DNA of 64,000 nucleotides from Alphaproteobacteria bacterium (GTDB lineage: Bacteria > Pseudomonadota > Alphaproteobacteria > CALKHQ01): NCBI GenBank assembly GCA_965227515.1, contig CBDDFZ010000001.1, positions 2,752,001 to 2,816,000 on the forward strand, written 5' to 3'. The notes under the pieces are model-generated. The model did not search any database, was not told the DNA's origin, and was given only the letters and a program-made list of their open reading frames with translations. Both the position numbers and the translations under genes were made by a program. Of this stretch, positions 36,623-46,346 are shown piece by piece. Numbering within the stretch: position 1 is the first letter of the stretch; each line of letters begins with the position of its first letter.

Positions 36623-36842
36623 CGCACGCTCCCCATCGTGATCCGCTACTATGCACGTCAGCCGCGGACGGCCGCAAGGACACGATGGCGGGTCGCTTTT
36701 GCTTGAATCTTCAAGGAAATTGGCGAGCTTGCTCTATGTTATTGGACTAAAATTGGCGTTGCTGCAGGTTCCGGCTTTCGCCGACATGGGGGGGCGCGTC
36801 GGCGGCTTGCGACAACCCGAGAATACCCTAGGTGATCCAGCG

Positions 36843-37718
36843 TTGAACGTTAGAGCACTACGCACACTTGTGGCGATATATGAGCACCGCAGCTTTCGCG
36901 AGGCCGCTCAGCAGTTGGGCCTGACCCAATCAACCGTCAGCATGCAGATGAAGGCTCTGGAAGAGGAGCTGAACGTCTCGCTGTTCGATCGGCGCCAGCG
37001 GCCGCCGACCATGACCGCGATCGCGCAGTCGATCGTGCAGCCGGCACGCGAGATCGTGACGATGGAACGCGCGATCCACCAGATCGCCAGCAACGACATC
37101 CAGGTCGGCGGCAATTTGCGGGTCGGCGTGATCCCGACGGCGACCATCAGCACACTGCCGGCGGCGCTGCGTCATCTGGCACGGCACAACCCGACGGTGA
37201 CCGTCCACGTGCAAAGCGGCCTGTCCGATTCACTGCCGCTGCGTGTGCTCTCCGGCGAGATCGATTCCGCCGTGGTCACCCTGGGCGAGACGGTGGAGCG
37301 CCGGCTGAGCGCCACCGCGCTCTACCAGGAGCCGATGGTGATCGCGCGCCCGATCGACTGGGACCGGCCACGCGACATCGCCGATCTGTCGGGCGTGCCG
37401 TTCATCCGCTTCAACCGGCGCGCCGGTATCGGCCAGAATATCGAGCGCATCCTGCGCGCCCACGCGCTGGAGGCGAACGACATCATGGAGCTGGACTCCG
37501 TCGATGCCATCCTGACCATGGTCGGCGCCGGTCTGGGTGTTTCCATCGTGCCCGAATACAGCGTGATGGCGCATCACCGCAGCAGCGTCTCGCTGCTGGA
37601 GGTGGACCATGAGTCCGCCAGCCGCACGGTCGGCTTCGTCACCCGCGCGAAGGACGAGAACGCGGCCCTGAACGCCAGCCTGCTGGAAGCTTTGCAGCAG
37701 TCCATACCGCGGCAATAG
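36843..37718 (+). CDS. LysR family regulator, divergent from the GMC operon
   Basis: SFREAAQQLGLTQSTVSMQMKALEEELNVSLFDR. Confidence 0.92.
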   Translation: MNVRALRTLVAIYEHRSFREAAQQLGLTQSTVSMQMKALEEELNVSLFDRRQRPPTMTAIAQSIVQPAREIVTMERAIHQIASNDIQVGGNLRVGVIPTATISTLPAALRHLARHNPTVTVHVQSGLSDSLPLRVLSGEIDSAVVTLGETVERRLSATALYQEPMVIARPIDWDRPRDIADLSGVPFIRFNRRAGIGQNIERILRAHALEANDIMELDSVDAILTMVGAGLGVSIVPEYSVMAHHRSSVSLLEVDHESASRTVGFVTRAKDENAALNASLLEALQQSIPRQ

Positions 37719-37781
37719 AGGTTGCGGTAGACTTGCCGGCAGCGCGTGTTCTTGTGCACGCAACCGTTTGGGGGATCAAAC

Positions 37782-38279
37782 ATGCGTCCGGCTGCCCTGT
37801 TCGCCGCATTGCTGGCGATATCGACCCTTTCCGGGTGCTTCTTTGTCGAGCAACCGGTCGTCACCGCATCGAACGCCGTCGCGGTACCGGGCCTGCCCGG
37901 TACCTACAAGAGCGAGGATGGCGAGCTGGCGGACATCTCGGCCGACGGCAACGCCTATGTGATGAGCTTCGTCGAAGACGGCGACATCGTTAAGGCCACG
38001 ATCATGGCGGCTGAGCTGGGCGGGTCTTATCTGGTGCAGTTCGCCGATGCGTCCGGGCAGGATCCGGGGTTCGTCCTGATCGTCGCCACGGTGGATGACG
38101 GCGGCATCAGGATCCATTTCACCGAAGAGGACATGACCGCGCTGGCCGCCGAGCACGGCCTGACGATTTCAGGCAACGCCAACCTGACCGGCGGCGACGA
38201 CAGCGCAATCCTGAGCTTCATGGCCGCGTACGCGGTCAAGACCGACCAGGCCGAGTACATCCTCTTTCGCGCCGAGTAG
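37782..38279 (+). CDS. Lipoprotein, tandem paralog 1
   Basis: Lipobox LSGC-F; LPGTY; YVM; YLVQ. Confidence 0.75.
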   Translation: MRPAALFAALLAISTLSGCFFVEQPVVTASNAVAVPGLPGTYKSEDGELADISADGNAYVMSFVEDGDIVKATIMAAELGGSYLVQFADASGQDPGFVLIVATVDDGGIRIHFTEEDMTALAAEHGLTISGNANLTGGDDSAILSFMAAYAVKTDQAEYILFRAE

Positions 38280-38399
38280 CCCCCTCAGGTTCTGCACTGC
38301 CAGCCGCAAAACCACCGCAATTGCGTGCATGGATGTCCGCCGGTCGGAGGGTGCATCAGGGGCAAGCTAGCCTCAGTCCAACACAACCAAGGTGTACCC

Positions 38400-38924
38400 A
38401 TGCCAATCGTACGCGCTCTTTCCGTCATCGTCCTTCTCGTCCCCCTTGCGGCCTGCTTCGTGCACGAGGGCCCGCCGGCCTTCGATGCCTCCGCCGCCCA
38501 GCCTGTCGACGACCTTGAGGGACTCTATGACTCAAGCCCCATGGGGACCGGCAAGGACACCGTCGAGATCCTGTCGGCGCAGTCGGGCTACGACTATGTG
38601 ATGATCGTTACCGACGACACGGGCGACGTGCAGGAAGTCACCTTGCGCGCCATCGACATGGGTGCCGCGTACCTGATGCAGATGCATGACGGGACCGGCA
38701 ACGAGCCGGGCGTCGCCTACTTCTTCGCCACGGTCGACCGGGCCGGGCTGACCATCCATCTGCCGTCGTCGAACAGCAGTCAGTCCGTGGCCGACAGCAT
38801 GGACCTGAAGCTGATCAACTCCGAGATCACCGGCAGCAATGACCCCGACCTGATCGCCAAGTTCTTGGGCGAAGTCGCGCAATTGCCGTTGGCGCCGCTG
38901 GCGGCGTTGGCACGTGTGAACTGA
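38400..38924 (+). CDS. Lipoprotein, tandem paralog 2
   Basis: Lipobox LAAC-F; LEGLY; YVM; YLMQ. Confidence 0.75.
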   Translation: MPIVRALSVIVLLVPLAACFVHEGPPAFDASAAQPVDDLEGLYDSSPMGTGKDTVEILSAQSGYDYVMIVTDDTGDVQEVTLRAIDMGAAYLMQMHDGTGNEPGVAYFFATVDRAGLTIHLPSSNSSQSVADSMDLKLINSEITGSNDPDLIAKFLGEVAQLPLAPLAALARVN

Positions 38925-39025
38925 CCCCACCTGCCGCACTTACGTCCATCCATTCCGTCAGGCAGCGGTGCGGCGCCCATCGTGGCGCCCGCCGCGCCCT
39001 CTTTGGCCATAGCGAGGTCCAAACC

Positions 39026-39529
39026 ATGCGCCAGTTGCATTGGTTGAGCTTCATCGTTCTTTTCCTGCCGCTCGCCGGCTGCTTCTCGATCACGAGCGAA
39101 GTGATCGGCGCGGGCGACGCCATCTCCGTCGCCCAATTGCCTGGCAATTACGTCAACGCCAACCGCGACCGGGTCGAGATCGTGCCATCGGGGTCCGGCA
39201 ATGACTACGTCGTGTCGGTCACCGACAGCGCCGGTGTCACCCGTCAGGTCGTGCTACGCGCTCTGCCTGCCGGCCCCTATCACGTCGTTCAACTGGTGGA
39301 CGCGGCAGGCGCACAGGCTTCGATACCCCTGTTGTTCGCGGATGTCGGCTCAAGCGGCGTGTACGTCTACCAGCCGCAGGCCAGCGTCTCGGGCATGGCT
39401 GCGCAGTACAATATCCGTATGCAAGCCAACGGGGCGCTCTACGGCGACCCGTCCGACATATTGGCGTTCATCAATGCGGTCGCCGCGGTGCCCATGACCA
39501 AGCTCGAGCTGCTCGCGCGGGTGGACTGA
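39026..39529 (+). CDS. Lipoprotein, tandem paralog 3
   Basis: Lipobox LAGC-F; LPGNY; YVV; HVVQ; GDPSDILAF. Confidence 0.75.
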   Translation: MRQLHWLSFIVLFLPLAGCFSITSEVIGAGDAISVAQLPGNYVNANRDRVEIVPSGSGNDYVVSVTDSAGVTRQVVLRALPAGPYHVVQLVDAAGAQASIPLLFADVGSSGVYVYQPQASVSGMAAQYNIRMQANGALYGDPSDILAFINAVAAVPMTKLELLARVD

Positions 39530-39548
39530 GGCTTCGTTGGCCTGAGGC

Positions 39549-39572
39549 CGGGTGTGACAGCCGTCACACCCG
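39549..39572 (+). terminator. Perfect stem-loop after paralog 3
   Basis: CGGGTGTGAC-AGCC-GTCACACCCG; weak U-tract. Confidence 0.45.
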
Positions 39573-39729
39573 CGATTGTCGCTGTTTGAACCCCGGGGCC
39601 GCTCCGCACGACTACACCCATGCTCAGCAACCAGGATCGGGTGCGTGCGAGGGGCCACGATGGCCCAATGGAGGATACGCGCAAGGTCCGTGCTGGCGCA
39701 CAGTGCGAACTCTCATGGAGCGACCCAAA

Positions 39730-40242
39730 ATGCGTATCCTCAAAGCCCTGGCGGTATTGGCCGCCATGCTGCCTTTGCATGCCTGCTTTCTGGTGGCCCA
39801 GCCGGTCATCTTCTCCCAACAGGCCGACATCGTGCCCAATCTGGAGGGCACCTACATCGCGGTGGATGCCGACAATCGTCGCATAGAGATCGGCCCGCCC
39901 GACACCTACAACGAATACGTCATGTTCCTGCCCGACGAGAACGGCGAGATCGTCAAGGGCCTCGTCCTGGCGCAGTGGCTGTCCAGCCAGTATTTCGTGC
40001 TGCAGGCGACCAATCCCGAGGACCCCGCTGAGGGCGCGATGTTGCTGCTCGCCTCGTTCGGCCCCAGGGGCATTCTGGCCCACGGCCCTGCCGTCGATGC
40101 CGAGTGGCTGCTGGAAAAGTACGATCTCCAAGTCGGCCAGAACTTTCAGCTCGTCGGCGCGCCGGACGACATCCTGGCCTTCATGCGGGCGTTGATCCAA
40201 CTGCCGCTGGAAAGCCAGTACGTCCTGATCCGCGACGCTTGA
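39730..40242 (+). CDS. Lipoprotein, tandem paralog 4
   Basis: Lipobox LHAC-F; LEGTY; YVM; FVLQ; GAPDDILAF. Confidence 0.75.
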   Translation: MRILKALAVLAAMLPLHACFLVAQPVIFSQQADIVPNLEGTYIAVDADNRRIEIGPPDTYNEYVMFLPDENGEIVKGLVLAQWLSSQYFVLQATNPEDPAEGAMLLLASFGPRGILAHGPAVDAEWLLEKYDLQVGQNFQLVGAPDDILAFMRALIQLPLESQYVLIRDA

Positions 40243-40462
40243 TCCCAATCCGGTTCCTGGCCGGCCGCTCACCTGCTCCCTGATGCCTTGAGGTCGTTTC
40301 GACCTGGCGTGGGGGCAGGCGGGCGGCCGTCCTTTTTGGCGTGCGGCCTCAGAAATCAATAATTTTGAACATGATGTGTAGGATAAGTCGATTGATTGAC
40401 TTTAAGGCGATGGATATGCTTCGGTGATAACGGTCGCGTGATCGACTCACGGAGTTCAGTGC

Positions 40463-41695
40463 ATGTCCGATACCGAACAGAACGAGCGGGAGGCCATCAG
40501 GCAGCGGGCGCGCGCGCTTGCCGAGAGCCGGATCGCGCCGCGCGCGGCCAAGGCCGACGAGACCGAGGCCTACCCGTGGGAGAATGTCCGCGACCTGACC
40601 GAGGCGGGCTTCATGGGCATGACCATTCCGCGCACGTATGGCGGGCAGGGCCGTGGCCTGGGCGATGTGCTGGTCGTCATCGAGGAGATGGCCAAGGTCT
40701 GTGGCGTCACCGGCCGTATCGTCGTCGAGGCGAACATGGGCGGTGTCGGCGCGATCATGGCCTATGGCAGCGAGGCGCAGAAGCAGCTTGCCGCCGACCT
40801 GGTCCTGAAGGGCGACAAGCCGGCGATTTGCATCACCGAGCCGGGGGCGGGCAGTGCCGCCACCGAGATGACGACCACGGCGCGCCGTGTCGGCGACCGG
40901 TACGTCATCAACGGGCGCAAGCACTGGATCACCGGCGGCGGCGTCAGCCGGTTGCACCTGGTGTTCGCACGGGTCCTCGACCCGGCGGACCGCGACCTGG
41001 GCATTGCCGGTTTCATCGCGCTGCGCGACGAGACCGAAGGGCTGAAGATTGGCGCGCGCGAGCGCACGATGGGGCTGCGCGCGATCCCCGAAACAGAGAT
41101 TTTCTTCGACAACATGACGGTGCCGGTATCGGCCATGGTGGTGCCGCCGCGCGGGCTCGCCCACGGGTTCGGCGACCTGATGAACGCGTACAACGCACAG
41201 CGTGTCGGCGCGGGCACGGTGGCGCTGGGGCTGGCGCAAGGCGCCTATGAAGCGGCGCTCGCATACACCCAGTCGCGCGAGCAGTTCGGCCGCCCGATCT
41301 GCGAGTTCCAGGGCCTGCAATGGATGCTGGCCGACATGTCGATCCAGCTCGCCGCCGCGCGCGCCCTGCTGGAGCGCGCGGCCGACGTGGCGCCGGGCGA
41401 GTTCCCCGACCCGATGGCGGCCGCCCAGGCGAAAATCTTTGCCGCCGAGATGGCGATCAAGGTCACCAACGACGCGCTGCAGATGTTCGGCGCGGCCGGC
41501 TATTCGCGGTCCAACCCGGTGGAGCGCATGCTGCGCGATGCGCGCATGTTCACCATCGGCGGCGGCACCGCCCAAGTGCTGCGCAACGTCGTGGCCTCGC
41601 ACGTGCTGGGGCGCCGGCTGCCGCAGACCCGCGACGGCTACAGCGCGCCGGCACAGGTGTCTCCGCCGCCTGTGAAGGCCTCCGACGCCGCCTGA
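40463..41695 (+). CDS. acdA: Acyl-CoA dehydrogenase family, 3-sulfinopropanoyl-CoA desulfinase-like
   Basis: GRIVVEANMG, DKPAICITEP, WITGGGVSRLH, QRVGAGTVALG, FTIGGGTAQ, LPQTRDGY. Confidence 0.8.
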   Translation: MSDTEQNEREAIRQRARALAESRIAPRAAKADETEAYPWENVRDLTEAGFMGMTIPRTYGGQGRGLGDVLVVIEEMAKVCGVTGRIVVEANMGGVGAIMAYGSEAQKQLAADLVLKGDKPAICITEPGAGSAATEMTTTARRVGDRYVINGRKHWITGGGVSRLHLVFARVLDPADRDLGIAGFIALRDETEGLKIGARERTMGLRAIPETEIFFDNMTVPVSAMVVPPRGLAHGFGDLMNAYNAQRVGAGTVALGLAQGAYEAALAYTQSREQFGRPICEFQGLQWMLADMSIQLAAARALLERAADVAPGEFPDPMAAAQAKIFAAEMAIKVTNDALQMFGAAGYSRSNPVERMLRDARMFTIGGGTAQVLRNVVASHVLGRRLPQTRDGYSAPAQVSPPPVKASDAA

Positions 41696-41873
41696 CGCGT
41701 GGGTGGGTCGCGTCCGCGCCCTCTTGTCGCGCCTGCACGAAACTTGCAAGACAACACGCATTCCTCATTTGGCGTGAGGCGGTGCTTGCCTACATGAAGG
41801 TCGCAACCGCCGACATGGTCGCGGGGGGCGCCTGACTGCGGACGCTCGCCGCCAACGAAGGGGAGCGACAAAC

Positions 41874-43346
41874 GTGGGTCTGACAGATTGCAGAGGCGTT
41901 CCGACGTCTTGCGACGATGCAGCGTTGATCGCCAAGCTGGATGCATGCCACGAGGCCAGTCTGGCCTTCACCGGCGACCCGGTCGCCGAGATCGACGCAT
42001 TGCTGGCCGAGCACCCCGATTTCGTGATGGGCCATTGCTTCAAGGCCGGCATGCTGACTCAGTCGATGGAGACGCGCATCTATGGCGACATGGTCGCCAG
42101 CGTGCACCGGGCCGCGGCGTTGAAGGATCGGGCGAACGGACGGGAGCGCGGCCATATCGCGGCCCTGGAGGCGTGGATCGAGGGCGACTTCCACGGCGCC
42201 GTCCAGCACTGGGAATCGGTGCTGACCGACCATCCTTTCGACCTGCTGGCGCTGCAACTGGTGCACTTGACCGATGTGCTGCTGGGCGATGTGGTCGGCC
42301 AGCGCGACTGCGTGGCCCGCATATTCCCGCTGTGGGACGAGGCGGTGCCCGGCTACGAGTTCGTGCTCGGCTTTTATTCGTTCGGCCTGGAGGAGAACCG
42401 CGACTTCGCCTATGCGGAGGAACTGGGCCGGCAGGCGGTCGCCATGCGCCCGCAGCACCCCTATGCGATCCACGCCGTCGCCCATGTGATGGAGATGAAG
42501 GGCCGGCAGACCGGCGGCATCTGGTGGATCAACAGCCATGCCGACAGTTGGGTCCGCACCAATTTCGACAATCACATCTGGTGGCACCTGGCGCTGCTGC
42601 ACCTGGACCTGGGCCAGGTCGACCGCGTGCTGGAGATCTATGACAACCACTTGCGCGGCCACTCCGATGGCGCGGAGAAGTACGCCGAGCTGGATTCGGC
42701 GGCGCTGTTGTGGCGGCTGAAGCTCCTGGACGTCGACGTCGGCGCACGCTGGCACGAACTGGCAGACAAGTGGGCGCCGAGCGTGGAGGACACGCTGTAC
42801 GCGTTCAACGACGTACACGCGATGATGGCGTTCGTGTCGGACGGCCGGGCGGATGCCGCCGGCAAGCTGATGAACGCCAACGAGCGCTATTGCGAGAACG
42901 CCAGCGACGCCAATGTCGCGATGAGCCGCGAGATCGGGCTGCCGTTGTGCCGCGCGCTGCAGGCCTTCGCCGATGAGGACTATGGCGCGTGCGTCGACAT
43001 CCTGCTGCCGGTGCGCTACCGCACCCACAGGCTGGGCGGCAGCTTCGCCCAGCGCGACGTGATCGGCTGGACGCTGTTGGAGGCGGCGTTGCGGGCCAGG
43101 CGGTTCCGGCTCGCGCTGGGGCTGGCGCATGAGCGCATCGGCCTGAAGCCGAGCAGCCCGCAAAACTGGCATCTGGTTGCGCGCGCGCATCGCGGGCTCG
43201 GCGACGAGCAGCAGGCGGCACGGGCGGAGGCGCGGGCGCTGTCGATGTTCGGAGGCGACATCACCGGGGGCGTGCTGTCCGGCAAACTGGCCGCCAGCGC
43301 CGAGGCGCGCGAGGAAAGGCAGCATGGACGGCAGCGCGTGCTTTGA
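41874..43346 (+). CDS. TTC38-like tetratricopeptide repeat protein
   Basis: FGLEEN, HAVAHVMEM, HIWWHLAL, LLWRL, GGSFAQRD. Confidence 0.82.
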   Translation: MGLTDCRGVPTSCDDAALIAKLDACHEASLAFTGDPVAEIDALLAEHPDFVMGHCFKAGMLTQSMETRIYGDMVASVHRAAALKDRANGRERGHIAALEAWIEGDFHGAVQHWESVLTDHPFDLLALQLVHLTDVLLGDVVGQRDCVARIFPLWDEAVPGYEFVLGFYSFGLEENRDFAYAEELGRQAVAMRPQHPYAIHAVAHVMEMKGRQTGGIWWINSHADSWVRTNFDNHIWWHLALLHLDLGQVDRVLEIYDNHLRGHSDGAEKYAELDSAALLWRLKLLDVDVGARWHELADKWAPSVEDTLYAFNDVHAMMAFVSDGRADAAGKLMNANERYCENASDANVAMSREIGLPLCRALQAFADEDYGACVDILLPVRYRTHRLGGSFAQRDVIGWTLLEAALRARRFRLALGLAHERIGLKPSSPQNWHLVARAHRGLGDEQQAARAEARALSMFGGDITGGVLSGKLAASAEAREERQHGRQRVL

Positions 43347-43836
43347 GGCCAGCGTGCCGGTCTACCGGCGCTATCTCGACCGGATCGATGGCATTCTGGA
43401 CCGGCTTGGCGATGTGGCGGACGACCTGCTGTCGGCGCGGCTGATCGAAGGCACCTTTACCGCGGGCGAGCACCTGCGAACCGCCCAGGGCTATGTGCTG
43501 CGCTGTGTCTGCCCGCTGGCCGGTCGTGACATACCCACCCTCTCCACCGAGGGGACCACGGCCGATGCGCTGCGCCTTCGCTCAGCCGAGGTGCGGCAGG
43601 TCCTCGACGGCATGGCCGTGGCCGACTTTGCCGATGCGCCGTTCCGCCAGATCGCGCACAAGGCCGGCAACGCTACGCTGGACCAGGACGGCGTGTCGTT
43701 CCTCACCCTCTATGCGCTGCCGAACTTCTTCTTCCACCTGACCATGGGCTACGCGACCCTGCGCGGCCAAGGCGCGGAGATCGGCAAGGCCGATTTCGAC
43801 GGCTTCCACGACTATCCCAGGGGCTTCAGCTTCTAG
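43324..43836 (+). CDS. DUF1993 family protein
   Basis: LPNFFFHLTMGYATLR..G.EIGKADF. Confidence 0.85.
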   Translation: MDGSACFEASVPVYRRYLDRIDGILDRLGDVADDLLSARLIEGTFTAGEHLRTAQGYVLRCVCPLAGRDIPTLSTEGTTADALRLRSAEVRQVLDGMAVADFADAPFRQIAHKAGNATLDQDGVSFLTLYALPNFFFHLTMGYATLRGQGAEIGKADFDGFHDYPRGFSF

Positions 43837-44183
43837 GAAGGCGGGGCCAACTTGCAAGGAAACGCTGTGCCAACGATGTGGCGGACCACCAGCGCGGTCG
43901 GCTCGCCGGCGTGCTCCGGGTGCGCGTCCAAATACTCCAGGAACATGGCGATCAACATGCGCGGCGTGGTGTCGGCATCGCAAGCGCCGGTCTCGCCTTC
44001 CAGTCCGGCGGCGACCATCGACTCAAGAACGCCGGCCATGTAGCCGCCGCAGTAGGCGACGTGGGTGTTGTCTTCGGACTGGCATAGCCCGGCCATGTAG
44101 CTGGCCGCACCCTGGTCTTCCTGGGCGACGGCAGGTCCGGCGCAGGCCAGAACAAGGGGCAGGGCAAGGGCGATCCGGCGCAT
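43833..44183 (-). CDS. Rap1a/Tai-like immunity family periplasmic protein
   Basis: Signal peptide; C...YCGGYMAGV...C...YLDAHPE...AFPC. Confidence 0.75.
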   Translation of the reverse strand: MRRIALALPLVLACAGPAVAQEDQGAASYMAGLCQSEDNTHVAYCGGYMAGVLESMVAAGLEGETGACDADTTPRMLIAMFLEYLDAHPEHAGEPTALVVRHIVGTAFPCKLAPPS

Positions 44184-44220
44184 GGCGGGTCTCCGGGCGA
44201 TGTTCATGTGCGGGGGCATA

Positions 44221-44733
44221 TCAGGCGGGCCTGGCCGTCTCCCGCCGCAATCGGTCCAGTACCGAATCGGCGGTGTCGGCAGGGGCCCGGTCGACGTCGG
44301 CAACAACCACGTGCGGTCCGGGCGCGGGCTCTTCCAGGGTCGCGAACTGGCTCGGCAACAGGCTGGTCGGCATGAAGTGGTGCTGACGCGCCGCCATGCG
44401 TTCGCCGATCAGGTCGGCATTGCCGCGCAGATAGACCACGTAGACGTCGTCATGGTCGTCGACCAGGACGCGGCGATAGGCATCCTTCAGCGCCGAGCAG
44501 GCAATCACCGCATGCTCGCCGCGCGCGCGCCACTGCGCCATGGCATCGGCCAGCGCGTGCAGCCAGGGCCACCTGTCGTCGTCGTTCAGCGGCTCGCCGC
44601 GCGACATCTTCTCGACGTTGGCGGCCGGGTGATAGCGGTCGCCTTCCTCGAAACGCGCGCCCAACTCCTCGGCGATCAGCTTGCCGACCGTGGTCTTGCC
44701 GGCGCCGCAGACACCCATGACGACGACGATCAT
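44221..44733 (-). CDS. gntK: Gluconokinase
   Basis: MGVCGAGKTT, PLNDDDRWPWL, CSALK, HFMP..LLPSQFATLE. Confidence 0.92.
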   Translation of the reverse strand: MIVVVMGVCGAGKTTVGKLIAEELGARFEEGDRYHPAANVEKMSRGEPLNDDDRWPWLHALADAMAQWRARGEHAVIACSALKDAYRRVLVDDHDDVYVVYLRGNADLIGERMAARQHHFMPTSLLPSQFATLEEPAPGPHVVVADVDRAPADTADSVLDRLRRETARPA

Positions 44734-46172
44734 TGCGACGACTCCCAGGTCTGGTCGCCGGTCCAGCGGAAATGGTGGGTGCCGGGACGGTCGACCCGCT
44801 CGAACGTATGGGCGCCGAAATAGTCGCGCTGGGCCTGCAGCAGGTCGGCCGAGCCGCGCGCCCGGCGATAGCCGTCGAGATAGGCCAGCGCCGATGACAG
44901 CGCCGGCGCCGGGGTCGCACGCGCCGCGGCGCGCGCCACCACGCCTGCAAGGTCCGGCCTGACGTTGCGCACAATCTCCACGAATGCGGGGTGGACGATC
45001 AGGTTCGGCAGGTCGCCGCGGCTGTCGAACGCCTCCGCGATCTGGTTCAGAAAGCGCGAGCGGATGATGCAGCCGGCGCGCCAGATGCGTGCGATCTCAC
45101 CGAGCGGCAGGTTCCAGTCATAGCGCCCGGACGCGGCCGCCATGATTTCGAACCCCTGCGCATAGGCCGCCACCTTGCCGGCCAGCACCGCGCCTTCCAG
45201 TTGGGCGAGGGCGATGGTGCGATCCTCGCCGGCTGGCGCCGGGTCCGGCGGGCCATAGATCGCTTCGGTGTCCTTCCGCAAAGCCTTGCGCGCGGAGAGC
45301 GCACGCGCGGCCACCGCCTCCAGCAAGGTCGGCGCCGGCACCCCAAGGTCGATGGACTCCACCGCGGCCCAGCGCCCGGTGCCCTTCTCGCCGGCCTTGT
45401 CCAGGATCAGGTCGACCATGGGCGTACCGGTTTCCGGGTCATTGGTCGCCAGGATGTCGGCGGTGATCTCGATCAGGTAGGACTGCAACGGCCCGTCGTT
45501 CCAGCGCCTGAAAACGTCGGCGATATCGGCGGGCGCCATCGCCAGATCGCGGCGCATGATGTGCACCGCCTCGGCGATGATCTGCATGTCGGCGTATTCG
45601 ATGCCGTTGTGCAGGGTCTTGACGAAATGGCCGGCCCCGTCCGGGCCGACATAGGCGCAGCACGGTGCACCGTCTGCTGTCGCGGCAATCGCGGTCAGCA
45701 CGTCGGCGACCCGGTCATAGCCGGCGCGCACGCCGCCGGCCATGATCGCCGGGCCATAGCGTGCGCCATCCTCGCCGCCGGACACGCCGATGCCGAGGAA
45801 GCCAAGCCCACGCTCCGCCATCTCGGCATCGCGGCGCTGGGTGTCGTGGAAATTCGCATTGCCGGCGTCGATCAGGATGTCCTGGCCATCGAGCATCGGG
45901 GCGAGGGCGGCCATCTGCTCGTCGACCGGGGCGCCGGCCTTGACCATCAGCACCAGCGGGCGGGGCGGGCGGATGGCCCCGATGAATTCCTCGGGCGTGG
46001 CGCAGCCGGTCATACGCTCGGCCAGCGCGCCGGCATTCGCCATCACGGCTTCGGTGGTGGCGGCGGTGCGGTTGAACACCGCGACCCGGAAGCCCTTGTC
46101 GGCCATGTTGTAGGCGAGATTGCGCCCCATCACACCGAGGCCGAGCACGCCGATGTCTGCTTGTGTTGTCAC
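44730..46172 (-). CDS. gnd: NADP-dependent 6-phosphogluconate dehydrogenase
   Basis: GLGVMG, MVKAG, GAGHFVK..HNGIEY, KGTG, IWRAGCIIRS, QAQRDYFGAHT. Confidence 0.95.
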   Translation of the reverse strand: MTTQADIGVLGLGVMGRNLAYNMADKGFRVAVFNRTAATTEAVMANAGALAERMTGCATPEEFIGAIRPPRPLVLMVKAGAPVDEQMAALAPMLDGQDILIDAGNANFHDTQRRDAEMAERGLGFLGIGVSGGEDGARYGPAIMAGGVRAGYDRVADVLTAIAATADGAPCCAYVGPDGAGHFVKTLHNGIEYADMQIIAEAVHIMRRDLAMAPADIADVFRRWNDGPLQSYLIEITADILATNDPETGTPMVDLILDKAGEKGTGRWAAVESIDLGVPAPTLLEAVAARALSARKALRKDTEAIYGPPDPAPAGEDRTIALAQLEGAVLAGKVAAYAQGFEIMAAASGRYDWNLPLGEIARIWRAGCIIRSRFLNQIAEAFDSRGDLPNLIVHPAFVEIVRNVRPDLAGVVARAAARATPAPALSSALAYLDGYRRARGSADLLQAQRDYFGAHTFERVDRPGTHHFRWTGDQTWESSQ

Positions 46173-46346
46173 GTCTGGGTGCCTGGTCGTTGTATGCGTC
46201 GTCGGGCGAAGCGCCGACGTTTAGCGTTTTTCGCCCGGTATGCAAGTGTCCGGGGTGCAAGTGTCTGCCGTGCTCGCCACGCCGCCACCGGCACAGTACA
46301 GTCCGGCAGCGAAAGGGCGCTGGCGTCGATCGACACGGAGGGACGG

